37,871 nucleotides of DNA from Macrostomum lignano (taxonomy: Eukaryota): NCBI GenBank assembly GCA_002269645.1, contig NIVC01000840.1, positions 1 through 37,871 on the forward strand, written 5' to 3'. The position numbers were made by a program, and so were the translations under genes. Under the pieces are notes generated by a model. The model was not told the origin of the DNA, did not search any database, and saw only the letters and a program-made list of their open reading frames with translations. This document shows, in pieces, positions 11,250-23,049 of this stretch. The stretch's first letter is position 1, and every line of letters begins with the position of its first letter.

Positions 11250-11540
11250 CCGTAGTGAGTTTAGGGTGGGTGCAAAATTTGGTGTCATTTGGTTGAGTGG
11301 TTTGGGAGTCCATAGCGATCAAAATTGTCCACAGACAGACAGAACACAGACAGTTGTGATTTTTCTACGAGCGTATGTAGAGTAGAGATTAAAATGGCCT
11401 AAAGCCTGATCCGGAAAATTTGCAGTTTTCCCATATAAGTTTTGACGCTGACTTGCCAGGATTGTAGGAGTTCACTTGCAACATACAGACAGACAGACAG
11501 GCAAACATCGCGTCGGTTTTAGTATTAGGAGAGAAGAGAT
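11250..11540 (+). mobile_element. Two adjacent remnants resembling 3' ends of non-autonomous Helitron-like elements (acagacagac tracts followed by ...tag...agat)
   Basis: aaaatttggtgtcatttggttgagtggtttggga...acagacagacag and a second acagacagacagacag...ttttagtattagg...agat; resemblance to a known invertebrate element architecture only. Confidence 0.3.
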
Positions 11541-12012
11541 AAACGCTAGTGTTATTTTTTTAAATGAACCAATTATCTAACTCAGACAGAAGAGAAAAAC
11601 AGACAATAATCAAGACAATTTTAATACAGCAGGCTTGAGTGGAACAATGAAGTATTCAGAAGTGTCTGGCCGAGTCTTGAGCACAGAATAAATATAGGCA
11701 GAAAAGTAGAACTTCCCTTTTATTTGTCTAAACAAACTATTTAGACAGAGTTTCTTATGAATAAACACTGACTCATACTTATAGAGGTCAACTTAGAAAT
11801 TTAATCTCAAGCTCAGTGCAGTGTGCGCAGCACTGTACAGAGTGAGTTACACGTACATGTATTTTGAGTGGGCAATTCGAAAAGCTTGAAGTCAAAGAAG
11901 TAGAATTTTTACATGTGACAGTGAGATTGCAGCTATAGAAACAACTCAAAAAATGTCCTGTCTGAGCTTAGCTGATTTTTATAAAAATTTCAGTTTTGAG
12001 GGTAAAAATCTT

Positions 12013-12607
12013 GCTTGTGGCGCTAAAATCTTATTTGTGGCGCTAAAATCTTGTTTGTGGCGCTAAAATCTGGCTTGTGGCGCTAAGTCTTGCTACTGGC
12101 GCTAAAATCTTGATTGTGGCGCTAAGTCTTGGTAGTGGCGCTCAAATCTTGATTGTGGCGCTGAAATCTTGTCTGTGGCGCTAAAATCTCAGTTGCGGCG
12201 CTAAAATATTGATTGTGGCGCTAAAATAATGTCTGCGGCGCTAAAATCTTGGTTGCGGCGCTAAAATCTTAGTTGTGGCGCTAGAATCTGGCTTGTGGCG
12301 CTAAGTCTTGCTAGTGGCGCTAAAATCTTGATTGTGGCGCTAAAATCTCAGTTGCGGCGCTAAAATCTTGATTGTGGCGCTAAAATAATGTCTGTGGCGC
12401 TAAAATCTTGCTTTTTGCGCTAAAATCTTGCTTGTAGCGCTAAAATCTTGCTAGTGGCGCTAAAATCTTGCTTGTGGCGCTAAAATCTTGCTTGTGGCGC
12501 TAAAATCTTGCTTGTGGCGCTAAAATCTTGCTTGTGGCGCTAAAATCTTGCTTGTGACGCTAAAATCTTGCTTGTGGCGCTAAAATCTTAGTTGGGGCGC
12601 TAAAATC
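12013..12607. repeat. 20-bp minisatellite (gtggcgctaaaatcttgctt), ~29 copies
   Basis: Directly visible; most homogeneous toward the 3' end. Confidence 0.96.
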
Positions 12608-12796
12608 TGTAGCTTTAAAGTCTTGTAACACTAAAGTTAAAGTTTCCAACAAAGATTTACTCGAATTATCCTACTAAGCAGTCATACTGCAGACTACTTT
12701 AAGTAGCTATAACAGACGTACAAAGTTTTGGCCAATTTAGTGTTGCCAAAATCATTTCGAGACAAAAGCTTTGCTGATAAGTGCCAATTTTAATCC

Positions 12797-13100
12797 CACT
12801 GTATATAGCAGTGTCAGTTTTGGCGCCACTGCATATGGAAGTGTCAGTTTTGGCGCCACTGTATATGGAAGTGTCAGTTTTGGCGCCACTGTATATGGAA
12901 GTGTCAGTTTTGGCGCCACTGTATATGGAAGTGTCAGTTTTGGCGCCACTGTATATGGAAGTGTCAGTTTTGGCGCCACTGTATATGGAAGTGTCAGTTT
13001 TGGCGCCACTGTATATGGGAGTGTCAGTTTTAGGACCACTGTATATGGGAGTGTCAGTTTTGGCGCCACTGTATATGGGAGTGTCAGTTTTGGCGCCACT
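12797..13100. repeat. 30-bp minisatellite (gtgtcagttttggcgccactgtatatggaa), ~10 copies
   Basis: Units start at 12811, 12841 ... 13081; explains the APKLTLPYTV-type ORFs. Confidence 0.97.
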
Positions 13101-13645
13101 GGGAGTGTGAATTTTGCGTCATTAGAGTGTCAGTTTTGGCGCCACTGGGAGTGTGAATTTTGCGTCATTGGAGTGTCAGTTTTGGAGCCACTGGGAGTGT
13201 GAATTTTGCGTCATTGGAGTGTCAGTTTTGGCGCCACTGGGAGTGTGAATTTTGCGTCATTGGAGTGTCAGTTTTGGCGCCACTGGAAATGTGAATTTTG
13301 CGTCATTGGAGTGTCAGTTTTGGCGCCACTGGGAGTGTGAATTTTGCGTCATTGGAGTGTCAGTTTTGGCGCCACTGGGAGTGTGAATTTTGCGTCATTG
13401 GAGTGTCAGTTTTGGCGCCACTGGGAGTGTGAATTTTGCGTCATTGGAGTGTCAGTTTTGGCGCCACTGGAAGTGTGAATTTTGCGTCATTGGAGTGTCA
13501 GTTTTGGCGCCACTGGGAGTGTGAATTTTGCGTCATTGGAGTGTCAGTTTTGGCGCCACTGGGAGTGTGAATTTTGCGTCATTGGAGTGTCAGTTTTGGC
13601 GCCACTGGGAGTGTGAATTTTGCGTCATTGGAGTGTCAGTTTCAG
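13081..13645. repeat. 46-bp minisatellite (gtgtcagttttggcgccactgggagtgtgaattttgcgtcattgga), ~12 copies
   Basis: Period 46 (tggcgcc at 13321 and 13367); shares its first 21 bp with the adjacent 30-bp unit. Confidence 0.97.
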
Positions 13646-14262
13646 CGCTACTGTACGGGAGTGTAAAAATTTTAACGCTGCTAGAGGAACTGTCAATTTT
13701 GGCGCAGCATGAAGCGTCAGTTCCGGCGCCATTGAGAGTCGCAACTAAATGGTGCCATCTTAGCTCCGACATTGGCACCATGTCAGTATGTGTTGTCAGT
13801 TATGGCGCTACAGTTTTCATTGAAATTACAGCATTACAGAATGCATTAAAAGAGTAAAACCACAGGCGATCAGCTCTCTCTGTATACCGGCATATGACTG
13901 AGCTCATGTCAATGCACTCGCTACAATCTGGCAAGTCGCAGACAAAGCTAATGAAATTCTCGTAACACTGTCCAATCAGCGAAATTTGATAGAAAAGGGG
14001 AACTTTGGCTGTGTGCGCAGGGAACAAGGTTCTAAATAATAAGCACAGGTTAAAGGTGCGTACTTTCCGCTGGATAGAGGGTTGGGGTTGAGGCGAGAAG
14101 GTAAGAAAATGAGTGGGCGTTGAGCATGCCACTAAAGCAGTTGAAATAAAAGTTAAAAGCACAGAAAAGCAGACTATAATATGGAACCAACGCAAACGCT
14201 TAAAGAGCAGCTATAGTTTTTTAAAAAGTAAACTAAGAAACGAGTCTTACTTGAGCAGTTGC

Positions 14263-17200
14263 ATGACAACTAGCGGAATGTCTAATCCTATTTCATCCCA
14301 AAGGTCCTCTGTAGAAGACGATTCGCCAAATCAGCAGGAGCTTTCAACAGTCCCTAAAACTCCAGAGAAGACTGAGGAAGACCCAAGCGAACAAGCTCCA
14401 TTAAACGGGAAGCCTCGGAATCAGGAGCAGCAAGAGAACATTAAACTGGCAACAAGCCAACAATGCAACTGTAAAAGTATCTTCTATATGATTTGCGCAC
14501 TGCTTGGGATTGCGCTTTTAGCTGCCATCCTCTACAAGCTCTGTCAAGAAACTGACGACAAGATTTCTACAACACCTGCGCCAAACTTTGTCAGCGCCAT
14601 GAGCCGAATAAGTCCAGCAGCAGCAGGCATCACCACAGCTGCGACTGGATCGAAGATTTCCTCTACTCGTAGCACAACTGTAAGACTCGTTATACTTTTT
14701 AACTACTTTAAGTAACAATAACAATAGAAAAGCGTGTATAATGCGCATTTCAGCGGCCAACAATCTACTTCTCGATGGTCCTTGATCCTAAACGAATTGG
14801 CGTTTGCTCGGACAATAAAGAAACCAACTGCAGGCATGGCAAAAGACCAACTTTTATACTGCCGGGCGCCAATGGCCGTGAGTAATGGTTTCTGTGAGTA
14901 TGGCTCAAGCTTGGTAGCATAGGTTTTTTGTCTCCTTTTCGCCCTTTTTCTCAAAGGTCTACTCTAACTATCCATAACTAATCTTCGTTCCTGAAAAGTC
15001 CAAAAAAATCCCCGTGAAACGAAAAAATCGCACTTTGAAAATGATGAAAAATAACAAATATCAATAAATTAATCGCTTGCATATAAGTGATATAACAAAG
15101 GTTTTTAGCGTTTCTTGAGTCAGTTTTTTAAAAAGAGATTTTGGGTTTTTTGTTATTTTTCAAACAGTGTAGTTATAAATACTATTTTAGCTTTGAAAGT
15201 TTGTACTTTATTTTACTTGCTTAAAAATGTGATTTTTCGACATCCTCCATTTTCATACGCTCGTATTTGGTATGTGCTGGTGGAAAAGTCATGGGATTTT
15301 TAACGATTTTTCTCTAGCAGTAATACATAAATTATAGCGGACTTTTGAACAACGTAGAGCGACCGAAAGTGCATTACCCTTAGTATTTTTATTACACCTG
15401 CCCCAATGGGTAGATGCGCAACCGACAGCTCAGCCGCAGTTATTGCGCGGCGCATCTGAAGGCTGCGTACGGCTGTTCAGTCCAAGGACTGGGGGGTCGC
15501 CACACACCCTCAATTACCTCAGCTAATGCTGGCACCCATTTTACAGCTGGGTGAACTGAAGCAATGCAGAGTGAAGTGTCTTTTGCTCAACTTGCTCAAT
15601 TAGGAAAAATTGTTCCGAGTGAGTCTTTAGTCTTGCTCTAACTACTAGGCAACAACCCTCACTCTGGACCCCGTTTTGAGTTTCAGCATACCAATCGACT
15701 ACGCCAAACTGTTATTGTACTTTCAGATGCACAGAACCTGGGACCATTCACTTGCAAAGTAAACCATCAATGCGAGCAAGTGCAGACAATCGGCAATGAG
15801 TTTGTTTTTAAACGCCCCGGAAGAGTCAAGATCAGTGCCCAGGTGAGACGCTGTACACCTAAGTATGTTCCAAGCATATTATTACAACCAAATGACAACC
15901 AAAAATGACAACCAACAAATATAAATATAAACCTTTGAATGAAAATTCGTTATAGAATAAACAGAACCTGTATTAGGCCACTGCTAGCTACAGATGTCAC
16001 TCGCAAAGATGCGTTCATCAACTCTTTTTTAGTAGCTAAAGTTGCATTTCTGTCTTTCTGCAAGCGAAATAAAATAATTTACATTTTACGTTTTTGAAGC
16101 TTCAAAAAACAATAAGAAATTTGAGGTAGAAAATTTCATGAAAACTTGATAACGGCCTAAACCATTGCGTCTGCATAGCGAGCAAGAGAGAAAAGGGGTG
16201 GTGCCCCCAGCCCCCAGCCAGGCCGATAAATAGTTTGGCTTTCCTCTTGCCCGCTTGTGTCTGACTGTGACGACTCTCCTTACTGCTCTCTCATTGGTTG
16301 AGCTAGATTGGGCCTGCCCCCTAGGCTGGGTTTCGTCCGGTCTGACTTTGGACCCTCTCTCTCTCTTTACTGCTCTCTCATTGGCTGAGCTAGATTGGGC
16401 CTGCCCCCCTAGGCTGGGTTTCGTCTGGTCTGACTTTGACCCTAGCTCTCTCTCCTTACTACTCTCTCATTGGCTGAGCTAGATTGGGCCTGCCCCCCTA
16501 TGCTGGGTTTCGTCCGGTCTGACTTTGTCCCTCTCTCTTTACTGCTCTCTTATTGGTTGAGCTACATGTAGATTGGGCCTGCTCCCCCCTAGGCTGAGTT
16601 CTGTCTGTCGTACGTTCACTTGTGTACATCGAGTTCAATTCTTGTTGGTCCATCTTTAACCCCATATGCTCCCTGAGGCCGCAAACCCCGAGGAAGGAAA
16701 ATAAATTTTAACTGCCATATTAGATTTAAGTGACACTGCGCAGACTAACTACTGAAAAAAGAGTAGACGCTCAACTTTCTTCCAACTTTAATCGCAAGTG
16801 ACACACCCTGTGTTATTCGAGTACCTGTGCTCACTGCAAAACAATTACACCCGAAAGCAGAAAGAAACAAAATACTGATTTACCGATGAAAACCCGCCAA
16901 GACTAGACTCAATCAATGAAAGATGTCTATCAACTCACCAGTGATAAACTGACCAATTATTCCATGTAAGTAGTATAGCGCGCCAGGATTGCTAACAAAC
17001 AACTCATTTCTTGTATTTACTCCCTTCGAGACACACACTTACTCATTTTGAGCTCTGCAGTACGACTTTAACGAAGGGAGTACGAGAAATGAGAGGGGCT
17101 TCGACAAAGAAGTTCTAGCGCTTGTTGTATATACGACTCCATGGACAACCAAAGTAGAATTCTTAATTCTTAGTCTACACTCGAAAATCATGCAAATTAC

Positions 17201-17531
17201 GATAGGAAGTTTTTGAATGGTAACCCTCCGACCCTCATTTAAACTCATTAATTGCCACCCACGAACTATACAGGTGTCATTGGAAAGCGCCAACACAGGT
17301 CAGCAAGTCACCCTGGACTTGAGGCTCAATAGAAGCAGAATTGAGAAAAGAGTGTTCGATAAACTTCACCCAGGCAGCAAAGTTACTCTGCCGATTCACT
17401 CTGAGCGTATAAAATTGTCAGCAAACAGCACCATCGCTCTGAGATTGACTCTTGAATCTGGATTACCCGTGGAACTGCTCTACGCAATTGCTGACACAGA
17501 CGTCAGCTTCGAACTGTTACTGGACAACTGA
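14263..17531 (+). CDS. Divergent TNF-like type II membrane protein, ~326 aa; join(14263..14679,14728..14877,15687..15842,17274..17531)
   Basis: All introns GT-AG phase 0: act|gtaaga, acaatag|aaa, gcc|gtgagt, gagtttcag|cat, cag|gtgaga, ctatacag|gtg. Exon 1: acidic cytoplasmic region, TM (IFYMICALLGIALLAAILY), Ser/Thr stalk. Strand-A-like YNAHF; GRVKISAQ|VSL has the same intron position as GVYLIYAQ|VSF in the first gene; LGPFTC vs LGPVVC; IHSERIKLSANSTIAL vs INSQRRFKVGDRVAV. A likely 5'UTR intron lies at 14101..14258. Confidence 0.7.
15395..15655 (-). mobile_element. tRNA-derived CORE-type (MIR-related) SINE remnant in intron 2 of the second TNF-like gene
   Basis: cccattttacagctgggtgaactgaagcaatgcagagtgaagtgtcttttgctcaa (15535-15590) closely resembles the reverse complement of the MIR/CORE domain as recalled (cccattttacagatgaggaaactgaggcacagagaggttaagtaacttgcccaa); A-box-like head (minus strand gcctagtagttagagc) at ~15635-15650; B box not evident. 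Confidence 0.65.
16270..16600. repeat. ~83-89-bp tandem repeat, ~4 copies, in intron 3 of the second TNF-like gene
   Basis: cattgg(t/c)tgagctagattgggcctgcccc recurs at ~16292, 16379, 16468, 16551. Confidence 0.9.
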
Positions 17532-17609
17532 ACAATGTTGGCAATACCATTAATACTCGTGATTGATAATGGCTGTTTTTCAATGCGGTATAAGGGCGAT
17601 CTGCAAGAT

Positions 17610-17980
17610 AAGGGCTGATTCTTCAATGGGGCAGAGGGGTATAATTCTCAAGCTGATAATGGGGGTGACGGGTGATTCTTTAATGGGGGTGAAGGGCGAT
17701 TCTTTAATGGGGGTGAAGGCGATCCTTTAATTGAGTGAAGGGTGATTCTTTAATTAAGTGAAGGGCGATTCTTTAAATCAGTCAGAGGCGATTCTTTAAT
17801 TGAGTGAAGGGCGATTCTTTAAATCAGTGAAAGGCGATTCTTAAATTGAGTGAAAGGCGATTCTTTCATTGAGTGAAGGGCGATCCTTTAATTGAGTGAA
17901 AGGCGATTCTTTAATTGAGTGAAGGGCGATTCTTAATTTGAGTGAAAGGCGATTCTTTAATTGGGGTAAAGAGCGATTCA
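17610..17980. repeat. Degenerate ~23-bp minisatellite (gagtgaagggcgattctttaatt), ~15 copies, just 3' of the second TNF-like stop codon
   Basis: Directly visible; possibly within the 3'UTR if AATAAA at 18076-18081 is used. Confidence 0.9.
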
Positions 17981-18396
17981 AAAGCTTCAAAAGCGCGCAA
18001 TGACGACATTACGAGACATTTTTTTAAATTTAAAGTACCAAAGCAATTAACATCCCGCACCCACAAAGACGTTACAATAAAGTAATACATAAGCAAATCA
18101 TGAATGAATTTTTTATTGACCATCAATCAATATATTGCAGTTTAAATTGAAAAATATTCTTTTAAACATTTTTTCACTTTTTATTTATTTCCTTCACTTT
18201 CACCACTGAAAGTAGCATACACTGACTATTGAAAAATTAAATTGACTGATCAGGGTAAAAAAGTAACTATAAATATTTGAATTGAGTTTTGAACAAGCGG
18301 CCATAAGAAACAAATTACAAGCTAAAAATAGGCAATTGATGTGACCTAACTATAAAATCAGCATGCACAATTAAAAATTCAACGACAACGAAAGTT

Positions 18397-19085
18397 TGGC
18401 TGGCATAGCAACTGAGGATCTGGGAGGCTGGCATAGCAACTGAGGATCTGGGAGGCTGGCCCAGAAACTGAGGATCTGGGAGGCTGGCCCAGAAACTGAG
18501 GATCTGGGAGGCTGGCCCAGCAACTGAGGATCTGGGAGGCTGGCCCAGAAACTGAGGATCTGGGAGGCTGGCCCAGAAACTGAGGATCTGGGAGGCTGGC
18601 CCAGAAACTGAGGATCTGGGAAGCTGGAAAAGCAACTGAGGATCTGGGAGGCTGGCCCAGCAACTGAGGATCTGGGAAGCTGGCCCAGAAACTGAGGATC
18701 TGGGAGGCTGGTCCAGCAACTGAGGATCTGGGAAGCTGGAAAAGCAACTGAGGATCTGGGAGGCTGGCCCAGCAACTGAGGATCTGGGAAGCTGGTCCAG
18801 CAACTGAGGATCTGGGAGGCTGGAAAAGCAACTGAGGATCTGGGAGGCTGGCCCAGCAACTGAGGATCTGGGACTCTGGCCCAGCAACTGAGGGTCTGGG
18901 AAGCTGGTCCAGCAACTGAGGATCTGGGAAGCTGGAAAAGCAACTGAGGATCTGGGAGGCTGGCCCAGCAACTGAGGATCTGGGACTCTGGCCCAGCAAC
19001 TGAGGGTCTGGGAAGCTGGTCCAGCAACTGAGGATCTGGGACTGGGAGGCTGGCAAAGCAACTGAGGGTCTGGAAGGCTGGCCCA
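18397..19085. repeat. 28-bp minisatellite (gcaactgaggatctgggaggctggccca), ~24 copies
   Basis: Period 28 (aggctgg at 18481 and 18509); explains three overlapping minus-strand repeat ORFs. Confidence 0.97.
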
Positions 19086-19159
19086 GTGATCGGGGAGAAC
19101 GCCAGTTTCCCTATCTTAGGATAAATAATTAACAGTAATAGAAAACATTAGTTTGTTTT

Positions 19160-19165
19160 TTTATT
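19160..19165 (-). promoter_or_regulatory. Candidate polyadenylation signal (AATAAA) of the first Ig-TM gene
   Basis: tttatt on the plus strand ~100 nt past the stop codon. Confidence 0.45.
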
Positions 19166-19265
19166 GATATTATAGAATGGCAAAACGACTGTGAAGAATC
19201 AAATGAATGGAGAGTTTAGTTTCTCATTGCCAAGACATCCGTGAGCGATGGTCAAGGTCAGGTCG

Positions 19266-20036
19266 TCAGTCATCCGCCGCTGACGGTTTCGGCAGGGTGC
19301 TGTGGTGCCGATGCGACTTCAGGCCGCTTAGAGATGTCGATAAAGCTTCCTCATTGTCATCGACATCGTCGGCTGCTGCTCCGGCGGTGGCGGCGGCGCC
19401 GGTTGAAGCTCCGGCGCTCTCAGAGACTGCCCGACTTGGCTGGCGACTGTGCCGAATCTGCTGGTGGGGCTGCTGTTGCCTGCCAGCTGCTGCAGAGAAC
19501 TTGCCAGCAGAAGCATCCGGTGCAGTGCTGATGCTGGTACGCCGTGACAGCAGCAGAGAATGCAAGCCCAGCGCCAGGAATATGAACAACAGTACACCAT
19601 CCACGGCGTACACTACAGCAATCTGTGTCAGATAAGACGGCATGTTGTACACCTGCAGAGTAGTGCTAGCGTTGTACCGCCGATCAGGCACTGAGCAGAC
19701 ATAATCTCCTGAGTCCTCAACAGCCAGGTGAATAGCCGACATGGTGCCATTCACTGCACTGATATTAGCATGGGACCAGGCCCAATTATCAATCTGGCTG
19801 CCATTGGGAAAGTACCAGGCCAGCTCAGCAACGGAGTAATTAGTGGCCAGTTCCGGTGACAGATGACAGCTAACTGTGGTGTTGCTACCCACTAATAGGG
19901 ACTGCTGGTACGGTTCGGCAGCCAGAGGCGGAGTCTCTTCATCTGGCTCGCTGGCAACTGTCTGCTGAGGCGTTGAAAATAGCAGCAACAGGAAAAGCAG
20001 GAACACTGAATTGCTTTGGAGCATCGTTGTGGACAT
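19266..20036 (-). CDS. Single-Ig-domain (I-set-like) type I membrane protein, 256 aa, Asp in the TM helix, low-complexity Tyr-free tail
   Basis: Signal peptide (VFLLFLLLLFSTPQQTVA); Ig core VSC...LAWYFPNG...EDSGDYVC; TM IAVVYAVDGVLLFIFLALGL; six N-glycosylation sequons; uninterrupted ORF. Confidence 0.92.
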   Translation of the reverse strand: MSTTMLQSNSVFLLFLLLLFSTPQQTVASEPDEETPPLAAEPYQQSLLVGSNTTVSCHLSPELATNYSVAELAWYFPNGSQIDNWAWSHANISAVNGTMSAIHLAVEDSGDYVCSVPDRRYNASTTLQVYNMPSYLTQIAVVYAVDGVLLFIFLALGLHSLLLSRRTSISTAPDASAGKFSAAAGRQQQPHQQIRHSRQPSRAVSESAGASTGAAATAGAAADDVDDNEEALSTSLSGLKSHRHHSTLPKPSAADD

Positions 20037-20082
20037 GAATGAAAAAAGTTAAAGGTACTTTCAAAATGTCTAATGACACAAT

Positions 20083-21133
20083 CTACCATTGTCTAAATCT
20101 AATAGCATGATACACAATCTATCATTGTGCAAACCCAATAGCACGATACACAATCTATCATTGTGCAAACCAAATAGCATGATACACAATCTATCATTGT
20201 GCAAACCCAATAGCACGATACACAATCTATCATTGTGCAAACCAAATAGCATGATACACAAACTACCATTGTGCAAACCAAATAGCATGATACACAATCT
20301 ATCATTGTGCAAACCCAATAGCACGATACACAATCTATCATTGTGCAAACCAAATAGCATGATACACAAACTACCATTGTGCAAACCAAATAGCATGATA
20401 CACAAACTACCATTGTGCAAACCAAATAGCATGATACACAATCTACCATTGTGCAAACCCAATAGCATGATACATAATCTACCATTGGCTAAACCCAATA
20501 GCATGATACACAATCTACCATTGTCTAAACCTAATAGCATGATACATAATCTACCATTGTGCAAACCAAATAGCATGATACACAATCTACCATTGTCTAA
20601 ATTCAATAGCATGATTCACAATCTACCATTGTGCAAACCCAATAGCATGATACAAAATCTACCATTGTGCAAACCCAATAGCATGATACACAATCTACCA
20701 TTGTCTAAACCCAATAGCATGATACACAATCTACTATTGGCAAAACCCAATAGCATGATACACAATCTACCATTGTCTAAACCTAATAGCATGATACATA
20801 ATCTACCATTGTGCAAACCAAATAGCATGATACACAATCTACCATTGTGCAAACCAAATAGCATGATACACAATCTATCATTGTGCAAACCCAATAGCAT
20901 GATACATAATCTACCATTGTGCAAATTAAATAGCATGATACACAATCTACCATTGTGCAAACCCAATAGCATGATACATAATCTACCATTGGCTAAACTC
21001 AATAGCATGATACACAATCTACCATTGTACAAACCCAATAGCATGATACATAATCTACCATTGGCTAAACCCAATAGCATGATACACAATCTACCATTGT
21101 GCAAACCCAATAGCACGATACAATCTACCATTG
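20083..21133. repeat. 36-bp minisatellite (aatagcatgatacacaatctaccattgtgcaaaccc), ~29 copies, immediately 5' of the first Ig-TM gene (probably in a 5'UTR intron)
   Basis: Directly visible; explains the NSMIHNLPLCKP repeat ORF. Candidate minus-strand donor (gtaagc) at ~21242 and acceptor at ~20058 flank it. Confidence 0.97.
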
Positions 21134-21859
21134 CCTCGTTCGGGCCATAGACAGAAAAAAGCAAGTATTTGGCTTTATTATTTCTTCCACTAACGATTAA
21201 ATTGCCTACTTTTAGGCCCAATTATAATATTAGCATGCTTACATTTTTACCCACTCGAACAGGAATTTAAGTAAAACTAGGCTCTTTTAATCTATCAATT
21301 TTACGCTTAGCGAGGGTTGGCGAGAGTGTCCTCAATTAATGATAAGCGCCTGCCTCGGCTATTATAGAAATTTTAAGCCGAACAGATGCGACTGAAAGAC
21401 AGTCCTTTTGGAGGAAAGATGAATGAAACAATCTAAACGCTTTTTATTTTTTACAAAGTAGAACCCTTCAACACTTTCTCTCTCTCGTCCAAACGCTTTG
21501 CTACTGAAGGCTGCACAAAAATATATTTGAGGATAGTTGGTAATTTCCTATTCAAATAAATACATCTACAAAGTACAAACTTAAACATGAAACTATATAT
21601 TCGTGGGGACACACAGAAATTTTATACGATGAGAAGTTTCTGTAGGCTGCTGAACAACAAGCCTGTCATCATTAAATATAAAATATTAATTTTGTGCTAG
21701 CTATTAGATTTCATAGACGAAAGGGTATACTGAAGAGGTTTGAGGAGATATTGAAGATATGAGGTTATAGAGTGTGAGAAAAGGTCATTAGAGAGTGAGG
21801 ATAGATAAAGGCGTGTGAGAGATCAGGAGAGAAAATATCAGTGTCGTCACAGCTTAGTG

Positions 21860-22640
21860 GGTGTGAGGAGAGATCAGATGAGTGTGAGGAGAGATCAGGG
21901 GAGTGTGAGGAGGGATCAGGAAGTGTGAGAAGAGATCAATGCGTGTGAGGAGAGATCAGGGAGAGTGAGGAGAGATCAGGGAGGGTGGGGAGAGATCAGG
22001 GAGAGTGAGGAGAGATCAGGGAGAGTGAGAAGAGATCAGGGAGGGTGGGGAGAGATCAGGGAGAGTGAGAAGAGATCAGGGAGGGTGGGGAGAGATCAGG
22101 GAGGGTGAGGAGAGATCAGGGAGAGTGAGGAGAGATCAGGGAGAGTGAGGAGAGATCGGGGAGAGTGAGAAGAGATCAGGGAGGGTGGGGAGAGATCAGG
22201 GAGAGTGAGGAGAGATCAGGGAGTGTGAGGAGAGATCAGGAGGGTGGGGAGAGATCAGGAAGAGTGAGGAGAGATCAGGGAGGGTGGGGAGAGATCAGGG
22301 AGAGTGAGGAGAGATCAGGAGGGTGGGGAGAGATCAGGGAGAGTGAGGAGAGATCAGGGAGAGTGAGGAGAGATCGGGGAGAGTGAGAAGAGATCAGGGA
22401 GGGTGGGGAGAGATCAGGGAGAGTGAGGAGAGATCAGGGAGGGTGGGGAGAGATCAGGGAGGGTGAGGAGAGATCAGGGAGAGTGAGGAGAGATCACGGA
22501 GGGTGGGGAGAGATCAGGGAGGGTGAGGAGAGATCAGGGAGGGTGGGGAGAGATCAGGGAGTGTGAGGAGAGATCAGGGAATGTGAGGAGAGATCAGGGA
22601 GTGTGAGGAGAGATCAATGAGGGTGAGGAGAGATCAGGGT
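21860..22640. repeat. Purine-rich ~20-bp minisatellite (gagagtgaggagagatcagg / gagggtggggagagatcagg), ~38 copies
   Basis: Directly visible, two interspersed variants. Confidence 0.96.
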
Positions 22641-23049
22641 GAGATAGATAGGTGTGTGAAAGCCGAGCTGAGATACGCTTTAATCAGAGTTATTAGGGTG
22701 GCAAATGAAGCAAATAAAGTGAGTGCCTGTAAAGTAAATTGTCGTCATGAGAGCTCTTACGACAAAAATTTCCACATCCTTTATACGCTCGTAATCGCAT
22801 TAATTCTACTTTTTATCCAAAAAGAAATCGCTTAATTGGGGTCCACTTAGCTCGAAAATCTTCAAACATGATGCTTTCATCTCAGAAAATGAACCACTTT
22901 TAGGACAGAATTATTACCAAATAGATTGGTATTAGAGGGGCCGATTTAGAAAAATCTTCAAACATAATACTTTCACTTGCTACTTAATTAATCTATCAAT
23001 GAACTACTTTCAGGACAGAATTTTCATTGTCGTATGATAAAAACTCACT

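Noticed and set aside
12752-13202. Repeat ORFs (APKLTLPYTV, VSFGATVYGS) resembling beta-solenoid or antifreeze proteins
   Set aside because: Open on both strands because the 30-bp unit lacks stops; no signal peptide or flanking coding context.
18315-19061. Three overlapping 218-248-aa minus-strand ORFs
   Set aside because: 28-bp unit cycling through frames, located past the poly(A) signal of the Ig gene.
19266-19560. ITAM/ITIM signalling motifs in the Ig-TM cytoplasmic tails
   Set aside because: The 90-aa tail has no tyrosine and the paralogue's tail is ~7 aa, so CD3 orthology is not claimed.
19207-20089. Additional ORFs overlapping the first Ig gene
   Set aside because: Shadow frames of a GC-rich real CDS.
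20070-21221. 353-aa NSMIHNLPLCKP repeat ORF and antisense Cys-rich ORFs, LRR-like at a glance
   Set aside because: Pure 36-bp minisatellite open on both strands; variation is not biased to synonymous positions in any one frame by inspection.
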